NCBI RefSeq assembly: GCF_964355755.1
Contig: NC_092670.1
Span: 36,816,388 to 36,880,387, forward strand
Source: Antedon mediterranea
Lineage: Eukaryota; Animalia; Echinodermata
Direction of reading: 5' to 3'
Length of the DNA stretch: 64,000 nt
Shown here: piece by piece, positions 42,901 to 53,665 of the stretch
Position numbering within the stretch: the first letter of the stretch is position 1
How the letters are laid out: each line of letters starts with the position of its first letter
Translations under genes and position numbers: made by a program
The notes under the pieces: model-generated
What the model was told of the DNA's origin: nothing
The model's input: the letters and a program-made list of their open reading frames with translations, nothing else
Databases searched by the model: none

Positions 42901-44818
42901 AGTTGATATTCAAGTATCAAGAAAAAGGAGAAGAGAAGAAGAAGTACCAAAAAAACCAAAACATTATATTTATGGATGCATCAATGTTGATGAATTTGTC
43001 CAAAGTTTGGATAAGGTATGGTATAAAAATTGCATCTGAAACAATGCTTAAAGATAACATTTTTTTTAATCCAGTTTTTGGTCAAAGTGAATTATTATGT
43101 GACATTAAAAAAAAATGTAATTTAATGCAAAAATTCAGTACTTAAATCTTCTGTCAGACAATGGTTTTTGGTTAAAATTTAAACGTTTTGTTTTCCTTTT
43201 GAATTCATTGTTTTTGGGGTTTTTTTGTAAGTGAATAACTATATTAAAACTGCAAAATGGCCTATTTGAAGTCTGATTTTATTAATCTTCATTTTTCATG
43301 TTTTTAGGGGACAATTCATCTTTAAAGATTAGTGCACACTATGACACAACATAAGGACATAAGCGCAATGCAAGTTATTTGGCCAATCACAAGCAATAGA
43401 TTATTCAAACTGTAGCTTGTGATTGGTCAACTTGTTTACGTCTTTGTGTTGCGTTTAAGTCCTTGTGTTGCATCCTATGTGAGAACCAATCTTTATAATT
43501 GCTGCCTTTGTCTTACTAGCACATTATTATTAAGACAGTGGAACCGTAATTATGTAGCCATAACATTGGCAAGCATCACTCCATGGTTCTGTTGGTAGAA
43601 CAAGTCTTCTCAAATAAACCGTAGATCCAGTGTACACATCTAGCATATGTGCACTTTAAAGAACCTAGTACATCTTTCGAGATGAGTAGTGGGGTTACCT
43701 CGGTGTACTATACTAGTACACACACAGCCACTGATCATAACTGGGCCCTCTGGGAGACCAGTCTTTGACTGAAGAGGTTACCCATTATAAATAAATGAAT
43801 AAGGGAATGCTCATCGAGTTGATGATGAATTTTTATCTTTAATTTAAGTAATAGCTTTAGTAGTTTCATGTACAGCACTGTAATATTTCTTTTAAATAGG
43901 CTGGTATTTCCGATGTCAAAGTTGAAGAATCACCAAGAGGTCATATTATTCATTTGGTAAATATTATAGTGGAGCTGTTGGTTGGTGGTTAAAATGCTTG
44001 CCTTCCAATCCCAAGGTTCAGGGTTCAATCCCTGACTTAGTGCCAGGATTGTAACTCAGTACAACTCTTTCAATGCCACTCCCTAAGCCTCAAATGAGAC
44101 TTATAAGTTTATAAGCACAATAAACTGTGCATTTGGCGAGTTTGTGCTCGCTGTTGGATGAGAATGAATTCATTCATTAAATTTAAACAGCAGCTTACCT
44201 TATACAGTACCAGTTCACGATAACAAACATTACTATTTATATGCCTAGTGTGTAAACATTATTGACATAATTTCATTAAACATCCACATACAGTGGTTTC
44301 CCGAATGATCGTAAAATCAAAACGGTACTGGGTATGACCAACTTGTCACCAACTTAGTCATCCATTCAGAGAAGTACTGATGTAGTAGCCTATCTGTACG
44401 GTGACCATAGAATGTGACCCGAGACATGACTAACTACGACTTTTAGTTGATAGAAGATTGAAAAATTTGTTAAGAGTTGTAAACAAATTTTTCAATCTTC
44501 TATCAACTAAAAGTCGTAGTTAGTCATGTCTCGGGTCACATTCTATGGTCACCGTACAGATAGGCTACTACATCAGTACTTCTCTGAATGGATGACTAAG
44601 TTGGTGACAAGTTGGTCATACCCAGTACCGTTTTGATTTTACGATCATTCGGGAAACCACCTCACGGCGTACAATACAATTATAAACTTTTTTTTTAGCA
44701 AGAAGAAGATACTATTATACAATTAGAAGAAAGTTCCACGCACATTGTAAGTGAAGGCAACGAAGCACTGAGGCGGAAACTAAGGGATATTTTAATCAAA
44801 TCACTGCCAAGCTTCTGA
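33904..44818 (+). CDS. INTS9: Integrator complex subunit 9 (inactive MBL/beta-CASP fold), 657 aa
   Basis: 19 in-frame GT-AG exons: 33904-33912, 34766-34893, 35268-35325, 35813-35875, 36286-36369, 36518-36573, 37342-37549, 37842-37931, 38577-38733, 39458-39638, 39894-39997, 40490-40618, 40726-40850, 41135-41215, 41620-41706, 42222-42320, 42878-43015, 43900-43956, 44699-44818. Motifs [52 protein letters not shown]. Confidence 0.97.
35470..35672 (-). mobile_element. tRNA-derived SINE
   Basis: A-box TGGTGGTTAA and B-box GGTTCAATCC on the minus strand; same family as 38080-38280 and 43972-44165. Confidence 0.75.
38080..38280 (-). mobile_element. tRNA-derived SINE
   Basis: Homologous to 35470-35672, with A and B boxes. 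Confidence 0.75.
38867..39135 (+). mobile_element. Solo Penelope pseudo-LTR with the hammerhead core deleted
   Basis: Reverse-complement match to 12778-13047; reads cacttgc|tagtgttgcccgaaagctctgc, lacking the CTGATGA segment. Confidence 0.8.
40972..41107. mobile_element. Abundant short Harbinger-like MITE
   Basis: TIR ctctgtctacactatcaaac / gtttgatagtgtagayagag; further full or partial copies at ~35894, 36130-36214, ~38772, ~40380-40457, ~59544-59700 and 63487-63755. Confidence 0.75.
41995..42040 (-). ncRNA. Minimal type I hammerhead ribozyme motif with intact core
   Basis: Minus strand TTT-CTGAAGA-A-GCTGTCC-GATCA-GGACAGC-GAAA-CTGTC-AAG: perfect 7-bp stem II, GUC triplet, weak stem I. Confidence 0.6.
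43570..43802 (+). mobile_element. SINE body resembling the Meta-domain SINE core
   Basis: aaaccgtagatcc...gtgcactttaaagaacctagtacatctttcgagatgagtag...cggtg, ending in an aataaatgaataa tail; family assignment from memory of the consensus. Confidence 0.45.
43972..44165 (+). mobile_element. tRNA-derived SINE
   Basis: gagctg..tggtggttaa...ggttcaatcc head and shared body ccctaagcctcaaatgag. Confidence 0.75.
44293..44660. repeat. Perfect inverted repeat, 179-bp arms with a 10-nt spacer
   Basis: 44293-44471 is the exact reverse complement of 44482-44660 by eye; a diverged single copy lies at ~62355-62553. Confidence 0.95.
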
Positions 44819-45109
44819 TGAAGAACAGTCTATAGAACTTTAATTAATTTTAAATTAAACTGCAAGACAGGATTTGCATCATAAGTATGTAAAGCTACTG
44901 AAGAAGGATAACAGCGGTTGATCCAGGAATTTGATTTAGTGGGCCTTAAAATAATACAAATTAGACTGATCAATCAAACAATTGATTGTAATTGTAAAAG
45001 TACATTTTTCTTATCAATAACAATATCCCTTTTTGTAGATGGTCATTATAATCAGTATACTTAAATGTTAAAAACCTTTTTAGTATGGGGTGCCGTATGG
45101 GACAATGCT

Positions 45110-45712
45110 AATTTTGTCGAAATATTACAATTTTGTCTACACATAATTAATTTTGTCAATAAAAAATTCATTTTGTCAACACAAAATTCATTTTGTATTG
45201 ACAAAATTCATTTTGAAGAAGGCGGGGTTGTTATTGGAAAATTCATTTTGTATTGACAAAATTCATTTTGTGTTGACAAAATTTATTCTGTGTGGACAAA
45301 ATTAAATTTGTCTTGACAAAATTCATTTTGTCTCGACAAAATTAATTCTGTGTAAACAAAATTCATTCTGTGTAGACAAAATTAATTTTGTGTTGACAAA
45401 ATGAATTCTGTGTAGACAAAATTCATTCTGTAACGACAAAATTCATTTTGTGGCGACAAAATTCATTCTGTAACGACAAAATTCATTTTGTGTAGACAAA
45501 ATTAATTCTGTGTGGACAAAATTAATTCTGTGTAGACAAAATTAATTCTGTGTGGACAAAATTTATTTTGTGGCGACAAAATGTATTCTGTGTAGACAAA
45601 ATTTATTCTGTGTAGACAAAATTCATTCTGTGTATAGACAAAATTCATTCTGTGTAGACAAAATTCATTTTGTTGCAACAAAATTTATTTTGTCGCGACA
45701 AAATAAATTTTG
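45110..45712. repeat. 20-bp quasi-palindromic minisatellite (left arm)
   Basis: Units like gacaaaattcattctgtgta; core ACAAAATTAATTTTGT is self-complementary. Confidence 0.95.
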
Positions 45713-47135
45713 TTAGCCGAGCCTACTCAAGCGTGGGACAAAACGTTTTAACATTTAAATTAGAAGGCGGGGTTGTTATTGGAAACTCGAAGATTGACAG
45801 TTATAGGCCTACGATCAAACAGCTCGCGAATATCATTTTACGACCTCCTCTACACTGGTGAACTTGAATACTTTGCGTCGAGTATAAGTACAGTTTATAC
45901 TGACGTATAACAATATCATTGTATACTTAAAATTAATTCCGATTCAGCAAAACGGAACACGTAGCCCTCCCGGGTAGCCCTATATGCCTACCAATTTTGG
46001 TAATAAATATTAAAGATGGTTGAAGATTTATATCGATACCGATAATATTGATAAAGAAAATGACAACACTATTTACGATAACATCTGATAAGTTGAGTAG
46101 TAATGAAATGATTTTAGTTAATACATTTATTTTAATATAATAGTTAGTATAGGCCTATTTATTCTTATGGGAATTGCATCGTCTATATAGGCCTACCAAG
46201 TTTATTTGATAGGAATACTAAATTGCTAATAGGCCTAACTCAAGGGAACAAAACTATGATATATCTCTTAAGACATATATTAATTGTCTCTAATTGGAAT
46301 AATAGAGATATCTTTATTGAAAAGATATCTTGGTTATAACAGGGATATATCTCTATTGGAACCTAAGATCTATATTGTAAACTAACTACATCTATTAAAA
46401 ACTAAGATATTTTAGTTGCCTAAATAAATGACAGTTTGGTACGCCATAGATTATGATATTGCAAATTGTCGTTAAAAAGTTAAATTTAATTTCAAATTTA
46501 CGTTTAACTATTAATTTTACTCTCGGTTGCATATTATTATATATTTACACCCTCGAAAGATATAATTCAACTTTGACCAAATAGTTATATGGGTGTTCAC
46601 ACAACTGACATATGGCGCCACTCAAGTATCCATTCCCATGGCAGTGTATATAATCTTTCCACCTTCTCCATGATTGATTTTATTTATTATACATTGGTAA
46701 TTGCAAATAATTGTTTATAGGTTTACATTGTTCTTTGTACTTTTAATGTACGTATTCAGTCTTTGCCTGGCTTGATAAGATTGATGTTAAATAAAAATGC
46801 ATTTTCCACTAATAAAATATGGAGTTGTATCAAGAAAGTATTGTAATTTCGGGCAGAATGGTTTTCGGTCTGGAAAGGTCATTATTACACTGTCTGGGGT
46901 GTTGATATTTATACATCGAATGTTTTATGGGCAATCAGTCCTGAACCTAGCCAACGTGGCTACCTGGCCTACTTACTACTGTAGGTTAAAGGTTATTAGG
47001 TTTCGCAGGGTGGATGACTGTTATAATAAAACTAACATGAGCAATCTTTTGTAGTCAGTTCTTTAAATGTTTTTTTTTTCAAATAACGGACAGCTTTCAG
47101 CATCATTATTTCTGCAATGATTATTATTATCTTAA

Positions 47136-47456
47136 AGATATATTGTCCCCTGAAAAAAATGTTTTAATCTTTTTGTTGAATATGTTATTTTAATGTCACA
47201 TAATAGTTATTCACTTTCACAAAAAATTGGGTCTGAAAAAAAATTATTTATCTGAAAAAACTGTAATTTAAAGCAAAAAATTGTCAAATTGTCTGGAAGC
47301 CAATGAGTTTTTGGGTAATTTAACTGTTTATTTTGTCTTTTTATAGTTGAAATAATTTTTTTCCCCATTCTTTTTTCTTATGGAAGTGAACAACTTCATT
47401 AAAACTGCATAATGGCCTATTCTTTATTTTTCATGATTTTGGGAGACAATACATCT
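47136..47456. mobile_element. Kolobok-like MITE
   Basis: TTAA|AGATATATTGTCCCC ... GAGACAATACATCT|TTAA; another full copy at 57445-57785 and a partial one at ~43150-43325. Confidence 0.7.
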
Positions 47457-47977
47457 TTAATTTTAAAATAAAGTATATACATTTTATAAGATTAATAAAT
47501 AATATTTTAAACGACAAAATATTAAATAGCCCCATTACTACAATTTTACTTAAGTAATAAGCAGGGCTCTAATGAAAACCATTTTCCGATTTTTTAATAT
47601 AGAATACATTATAATAATAATTATTACTGACGACGTAGATATTAAATTGTCAAAGTATGAATACTGATCATATCTGATATTTTCGGGGGTTCCCTGATAT
47701 TATAAAATAGATTAATATGATAGCAATAGAGACGGAGGCATGCTCAGCCATAATAACTTAACCAATAACAAATGTCAAAGATAGCTTCACCCTGTCTTGC
47801 CCTTTTCACGTTTAAACTCCGCCTTCTAATTTAAATATTAAAACGGAGCCTACTCAAGCGTGGGACAAAATGTTTTAAAAAACGTTTTGTCCCACGCTTG
47901 AGTAGGCTCGGCTAACAAAATTTATTTTGTCGCGACAAAATTTATTTTGTCTCAACAAAATTCATTTGTCTACACAG

Positions 47978-48159
47978 CGCCAGTTTGGCTGTTATGTCAC
48001 GTACGGCGCTCCATGTGAGCCCCCTCGTTGTTGTTGTTTTACATACGAATGTTTACTGTTTGCTTTGTTAATAAAGTTACATTATTGTTATACCTCAAGT
48101 ATCGGTTATTCAGTTGTATTATCTGTGTGAGTATTGTCTATATTATTACCAAGTTGGCG
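47978..48159 (+). repeat. 5' LTR
   Basis: Identical to 53484-53665; contains AATAAA. Confidence 0.95.
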
Positions 48160-48176
48160 TGGTGGCAGCGTCGGGA
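48160..48176 (+). promoter_or_regulatory. Primer binding site, tRNA-Leu type
   Basis: TGGTGGCAGCGtcGGGA directly follows the LTR; complement of the tRNA-Leu(AAG/TAG) 3' end TCCCACCGCTGCCACCA with 2 mismatches. Confidence 0.8.
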
Positions 48177-48402
48177 AACGAAAATCCTACGCAACACATT
48201 TTACTGCCCACAAGAATATCGACTTACCGTCTACACAGGAGGCAGACCTAGGCCTAGCCCTATAACTATAGTACTTATACTGCCGTTATCGCACATCCAC
48301 AGGCGAGCAACTGACCGGCGCATACTGCAGTCGCTGTAATTCTCCGTTCGTCAATAGAGGAATAACGTTTCATTCAGTACACTTTGTATAAACACCACAA
48401 CA

Positions 48403-51400
48403 ATGGCTGCATCCAATCGTGCCCCCAAGCAATGGTGCTTAGGTAAAAACGAAACAATAAACACATTTGAGAATTGGCGTCAAAACCTCATGTACACGTT
48501 AACATTAGACACTAAATTCGCCAATTTCCTGGTGGAAGGTTTCTCGTGGGGCAAGAAAACCAGAGCTTCCCCACTCCGAGGGTTCACTGATGACAATGGT
48601 TTTGAAGACAACGTAGCTAATGCTTTATCTGCACAACAGAAAGTAACCATGTTGGAACTAATGTTAGGTCAAATTGCTAACTATTGCCCTGTAATCTCAA
48701 GAAACACTATCGTAAAATCATCCACATCACTACCTTGCATCTGGCAATGCATACGATTACATTACGGGTTCCAATCTAGTGGGGCTCATTTCTTAGAGTT
48801 TGCTAACATTAGTCTGGGCCCAGATGAACGCCCAGAGGATCTATACCAACGTTTGCTAGCTTTCATTGATGACAATCTTCTTCAAGCAGACAGTGTTATA
48901 ACTCACCACAATCAACCTATTACGGAAGACGAAGAACTCACCCCTTCACTTGAAAACCTACTCACACTGACATGGCTACGCTTAGTTCACCCTTCACTTC
49001 CCCAACTCGTCAAACAGAGGTATGGCACAGAGCTTCGCTCACGTACACTGGCGTCCATCAAGCCTGAAATTTCACAAGCTATGACTTCCCTATTAGAAGA
49101 AATCAAAACTTCCGATGACACAAGAGTCATGCGTTCAGCGATTTTACCGTTTCAAAGACCAGCTTCTCTTCCTTCTCAACCACCGCGTTCCCGCTACCCA
49201 CCTAAGACATTCAATACTCAGACATACAATAACAAACCAAATAAATGCTGCCCATTTTGCAAACAAGGTGGACGACCAGACCGCCACTTTCTCAGTGAGT
49301 GCAAGTTCCTTCCGGAACGCGACCGCCGCTACATGGCACGTGCCCGGGCCGCAAACATCTTCGACGATGACGACAGTTACTGCTATGAACAGGATTCCAC
49401 CCGTGTCGAGGATCCCAACGACCCACCATCTGGTTCATCCTCAGCTCTTCGAATACAGGTACGTCAGTCGCCATATCTCGAAGCCTTTCACGGCTATAAT
49501 ACCGTACATATTACTATAGACAGCGGTGCTACTGGCAACATGATCCGTGAATCAACTGCACGTTTACTTGGCGTTCAGATTAAGCCCAGTAGTCAATCAG
49601 CACACCAAGCCGATGGATCTTCGCAGTTACAGGTTATGGGCGAGACAAACGTCACCTTTACACGTGACAATAAAGACTTGACTTTCAATGGCCTCGTCGT
49701 TAAGGACCTCGACGTTGAGCTACTCGCTGGTACACCGTTTATGGAACAGAATGATATTTCTATCCGCCCCGCTAAGCGTCAAGTAGTTATGGCCGATGGC
49801 ACAACATACATCTATGGCTCCTTGCCTACCACTTTGTCCGAATGCCACTCGATCAGACGCGCTCATGTTCTCCGTGCTCCCTCAACACGCACTGTGATAT
49901 GGCCAGGTAGTTACATTGAACTTTCACTCCCAAATGACCTCACCGACATAGACACTGTTGCTATTGAACCTCGCGTTGATGCACCAATCTCGAAAACATC
50001 TTTGCCATCTCATGTTTGGCCTGAACCACGTATCATATCGTGCGTTGCCGGACGAATTCGCATTCCTAACCTGTCAGACGAACCCAAAGTGCTTTCACGC
50101 AATGAACAGTTTTGCCAAGCTAGCCCTGTGTTTACACCTAACCTACCTGACACTTCATCATCCCCGATTAAACCACCAAAGCTTAGCACTACAACAGTTC
50201 ACACTTGCTTCTCTGATAGCATTAAGCTGGATCCGGATAGCATTCTACCTCGCAACATACTCGAACAATTTACTAGCCTCCACAAGGAGTATGATGACAT
50301 TTTCAACCCTTCCTTTAAAGGTTATAATGGTGCTGTAGGCCCGTTTGTTGCCACCGTAAATATGGGACCAGTCCAACCCCCACAACGCAAAGGTCGCCTT
50401 CCTCAGTATGCAAGAGACAAGCTCCTCGAACTACAACACAAGTTCGACGAACTCGAAACACTTGGAGTTTTTGCCCGTCCAGAAGATGTTGGAGTTGCTG
50501 TAGAATATCTCAATCCGTCATTCCTCGTGAAGAAACCCAACGGCGGTTCCAGATTAGTGACATCCTTTGCCGATGTCGGCAGGTACAGCAAACCACAACC
50601 GTCACTCATGCCTGACGTCGACTCCACTCTTCTTAAAATCGGACAGTGGAAATACATTATAACAACGGATCTTACCAACGCTTTCTACCAAATTCCACTT
50701 TCAAAACCGTCTATGAAATATTGCGGAATCGTCACTCCATTTCACGGTGTCAGGGTATATACCCGTTGCGCAATGGGCATGCCGGGGTCAGAAACCGCAT
50801 TGGAAGAACTTCTAAGCAGAGTAGTGGGTGATTTTTTAGAAGAAGGTTCAGCTACAAAACTCGCTGATGATCTTTACTGCGGCGGTAATACAGTTGAAGA
50901 GGTCTTGAACGTATGGAGAAGAATCCTTCATGCACTATCCAACTCAGGACTACATTTATCCGCTACCAAAACCGTTATCTGTCCTAAGACTACTAACATT
51001 CTTGGGTGGATATGGAGCCAAGGGACACTCCGAGCTAGCTCTCATCGCATCTCAACATTATCTAGCTGCCCGAGACCAGTCACCGTGACCGGATTACGAT
51101 CGTTCATTGGCGCATTTAAGATGCTATCTCGCGTTCTCCCGCGATGTGCACCTATTTTGTCACCTCTTGAAGCTGCTGTCGCTGGACGACAATCCCAAGA
51201 GAAGATAGACTGGTCTGACGAATTGCTCGCTAGTTTCGCAAGTGCGCAATCTATCCTCAACTCACCACACACGATTGCCATCCCACGAGCAAGTGACCAA
51301 TTGTGGATTGTAACTGATGGCGCCGTCAAGAAATATGGCATAGCTTCCACCTTGTATGTCTCCCGTGACAGCAAACCATTACTCGCTGGTTTTTATAGCG

Positions 51401-53310
51401 CTAAACTACGCGGACGACAAATGACCTGGTTACCATGTGAAGTCGAAGCTCTTTCAATTGCCGCATCCACAAAACACTTTAGTCCATTTATCATACAATC
51501 CGCACATCAGGCACACATTTTGACAGACAGTAAGCCATGTGTCCAAGCCTACGAAAAGTTGTGCAGAGGTGAATTCTCTGTGAGTCCTCGGGTTTCAACC
51601 TTCTTATCCACTGTTAGCCGCTATCACGCATCTGTTCACCACCTCGCAGGTTCCGCAAATATGCCGTCCGACTTCGGGAGCAGGAACGCACAACCTTGTG
51701 ACGCTCCTTCTTGCCAAATCTGCTCTTTTGTCCAACAAACCGAAGACTCTGTTGTTTTCCAAGTGAACATTAAAGACGTTATATCTGGCTCCACAAAGCT
51801 ACCTTTCACTAGTCGTCCTGCCTGGCTGGCCATCCAGTCTGAATGTCCGGTCCTACGACGCACTCACGCTCACCTTTCTCAGGGTACTCGCCCCCACAAA
51901 AAAATCACAAACATTAAAGATGTCAAGCGCCTTCTACGATTTTCTACCATAGCCAAGGATGGTCTTTTGGTCGTTCGTAGGGATGAGCCACTCGCACCCG
52001 TACGCGAATGTATTGTTGTTCCTCGTGATGTCCTCGAGGGCCTTCTCACAGCACTTCATCTGCGTTTTGACCACCCTTCGTGCCATCAGCTTAAAACGAT
52101 CGTTCGTAGATATTTCTTCGCTCTCGACATGGATGCCTCTGTGGAGCGTATCTCAGCAAGATGTCACCACTGCGCTGCCCTTCGCTCTATTCCACATACC
52201 GTTATCCCGCAGTCCACCGGAGACCCACCCGATGCAGTTGGTACCACCTTCGCTGCTGATGTAATTAAGCGTGAACGACAACTTATTCTAGTGATGCGAG
52301 AGTGTGTAACATCATTTACAGTCGCGTGCATTATCGACAGCGAACGTCACGACAGTCTACGAGACGGTTTAATCCGCCTTTGTATTGAGCTCAGGCCTCT
52401 TGACGGCCCACACGCTGTAATTCGCACCGACCCTGCTCCTGGATTTGCTTCGTTGGTCAGCGATAAGTTGTTAGCGCACCACAGAATAATGATTGAGCTA
52501 GGAAGAACCAAAAACCCAAATAAGAATCCAATCGCCGAAAAGGCCGTACGTGAAGTAGAAGACGAACTTCTTACACAAGAACCCACTGGTGGATTAGTCA
52601 CCCCAACTATGCTCAAAATTACTATGGCTTGCTTAAACTCTCGACTACGCTCATGTGGTCTCTCTTCTAGGGAGATGTGGACACAACGCGACCAGTTTAC
52701 TAACGACCAAATTCCTCTGTCTGACAGTCAATTAATTATCTCACAGCACAAACGTCGTTTAGCCAATCATGCACATAGTGAAAGATCAAAGGCTCCAACG
52801 GGCCGTTTTCCAGCAAGCTCCGATATTGATGTTGGTGATCTTGTGTACGTCTTAGCCGATCGCAACAAGTCAAAGGCCCGTCATCGCTATCTCGTAACGT
52901 CGGTTGATAACACTTGGTGCAATATCCGCAAATTTATCGGTTCTCAGTTACGTAGTACGGCGTACAAAGTCAAGCGTACGGAATGCTACAAGGTTCCCTC
53001 GTCACCATCTCCTCGATCGCAACATTATTACCAAGAGGACTCGAACAGCGATGATGCTTATCAAATTCCTGAGCCACCGCATACAGAAATACCTATTGAG
53101 CTGTCAACCCCAGCCGATCACGCTTACCAGGTTGATCCATTGCCTGCTGGTACCGACTCAGAGTTCTTAACTCCTGCTGCTTCTGATGATGTCCGCCCTC
53201 TCACCGACCTTCATAAAGTCGTTATTCCACCACCAGTGATAGAACCCAGACGATCTACTCGCAGTCATCGCTTACCCACTCATCTTAACGATTTTGTACT
53301 TGACAAGTGA
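48403..53310 (+). CDS. Gag-Pol polyprotein (Gag, aspartic protease, RT, RNase H, integrase), 1635 aa
   Basis: Cys/His knuckle CPFC..H..C, protease IDSGA, RT TDLTNAFYQ and KLADDL, RNase H VTDGA/CEVEAL/LTDSKP, integrase HHCC plus ADV/RTDP/AE..VREVE; PR-RT-RH-IN order. Confidence 0.96.
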   Translation: MAASNRAPKQWCLGKNETINTFENWRQNLMYTLTLDTKFANFLVEGFSWGKKTRASPLRGFTDDNGFEDNVANALSAQQKVTMLELMLGQIANYCPVISRNTIVKSSTSLPCIWQCIRLHYGFQSSGAHFLEFANISLGPDERPEDLYQRLLAFIDDNLLQADSVITHHNQPITEDEELTPSLENLLTLTWLRLVHPSLPQLVKQRYGTELRSRTLASIKPEISQAMTSLLEEIKTSDDTRVMRSAILPFQRPASLPSQPPRSRYPPKTFNTQTYNNKPNKCCPFCKQGGRPDRHFLSECKFLPERDRRYMARARAANIFDDDDSYCYEQDSTRVEDPNDPPSGSSSALRIQVRQSPYLEAFHGYNTVHITIDSGATGNMIRESTARLLGVQIKPSSQSAHQADGSSQLQVMGETNVTFTRDNKDLTFNGLVVKDLDVELLAGTPFMEQNDISIRPAKRQVVMADGTTYIYGSLPTTLSECHSIRRAHVLRAPSTRTVIWPGSYIELSLPNDLTDIDTVAIEPRVDAPISKTSLPSHVWPEPRIISCVAGRIRIPNLSDEPKVLSRNEQFCQASPVFTPNLPDTSSSPIKPPKLSTTTVHTCFSDSIKLDPDSILPRNILEQFTSLHKEYDDIFNPSFKGYNGAVGPFVATVNMGPVQPPQRKGRLPQYARDKLLELQHKFDELETLGVFARPEDVGVAVEYLNPSFLVKKPNGGSRLVTSFADVGRYSKPQPSLMPDVDSTLLKIGQWKYIITTDLTNAFYQIPLSKPSMKYCGIVTPFHGVRVYTRCAMGMPGSETALEELLSRVVGDFLEEGSATKLADDLYCGGNTVEEVLNVWRRILHALSNSGLHLSATKTVICPKTTNILGWIWSQGTLRASSHRISTLSSCPRPVTVTGLRSFIGAFKMLSRVLPRCAPILSPLEAAVAGRQSQEKIDWSDELLASFASAQSILNSPHTIAIPRASDQLWIVTDGAVKKYGIASTLYVSRDSKPLLAGFYSAKLRGRQMTWLPCEVEALSIAASTKHFSPFIIQSAHQAHILTDSKPCVQAYEKLCRGEFSVSPRVSTFLSTVSRYHASVHHLAGSANMPSDFGSRNAQPCDAPSCQICSFVQQTEDSVVFQVNIKDVISGSTKLPFTSRPAWLAIQSECPVLRRTHAHLSQGTRPHKKITNIKDVKRLLRFSTIAKDGLLVVRRDEPLAPVRECIVVPRDVLEGLLTALHLRFDHPSCHQLKTIVRRYFFALDMDASVERISARCHHCAALRSIPHTVIPQSTGDPPDAVGTTFAADVIKRERQLILVMRECVTSFTVACIIDSERHDSLRDGLIRLCIELRPLDGPHAVIRTDPAPGFASLVSDKLLAHHRIMIELGRTKNPNKNPIAEKAVREVEDELLTQEPTGGLVTPTMLKITMACLNSRLRSCGLSSREMWTQRDQFTNDQIPLSDSQLIISQHKRRLANHAHSERSKAPTGRFPASSDIDVGDLVYVLADRNKSKARHRYLVTSVDNTWCNIRKFIGSQLRSTAYKVKRTECYKVPSSPSPRSQHYYQEDSNSDDAYQIPEPPHTEIPIELSTPADHAYQVDPLPAGTDSEFLTPAASDDVRPLTDLHKVVIPPPVIEPRRSTRSHRLPTHLNDFVLDK

Positions 53311-53483
53311 TTCCTGATAAGTATTGTGGGGCAGAATAATCCCCAAGCTGGAGGGCAGTCTACCCGATGAAAGCTCGTTTTTCAATTTTTTATATATGAT
53401 TCACAGTTTGTTCCGATTTGCCGTTTTTGTTGACTTTGTTTTTTTTGAGAAAAGGAAAAAAAAAAAAAAAAAAAAGGTAGTCA

Positions 53484-53665
53484 CGCCAGTTTGGCTGTTA
53501 TGTCACGTACGGCGCTCCATGTGAGCCCCCTCGTTGTTGTTGTTTTACATACGAATGTTTACTGTTTGCTTTGTTAATAAAGTTACATTATTGTTATACC
53601 TCAAGTATCGGTTATTCAGTTGTATTATCTGTGTGAGTATTGTCTATATTATTACCAAGTTGGCG
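53484..53665 (+). repeat. 3' LTR
   Basis: Identical to 47978-48159. Confidence 0.95.

Larger units (their letters stand above)
47978..53665 (+). mobile_element. Intact Gypsy-like LTR retrotransposon, Troyka-type (5688 bp)
   Basis: Identical 182-bp LTRs 47978-48159 and 53484-53665 with CGCCA...TGGCG ends; 3-bp TSD CAG; PBS at 48160; purine tract 53447-53477; one open 1635-aa ORF. Confidence 0.95.

Noticed and set aside
45158-45163. INTS9 poly(A) signal donated by the foldback TIR
   Set aside because: An ATTAAA at 44854 could serve instead; cannot be decided without transcript data.
45110-45712. CRISPR-like appearance of regularly spaced palindromic repeats
   Set aside because: Units are contiguous 20-mers with only ~4 variable bases, no unique spacers, no cas genes, and a eukaryotic context.
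48028-48339. ORFs in the LTRs (also 47927-48130 and 53534-53794) as accessory or env genes
   Set aside because: Non-ATG starts, they cross LTR/flank boundaries, and they show no recognisable domain.
49115-53170. Short alternative-frame and antisense ORFs within gag-pol
   Set aside because: Expected by chance in a more GC-rich coding region; no motifs.
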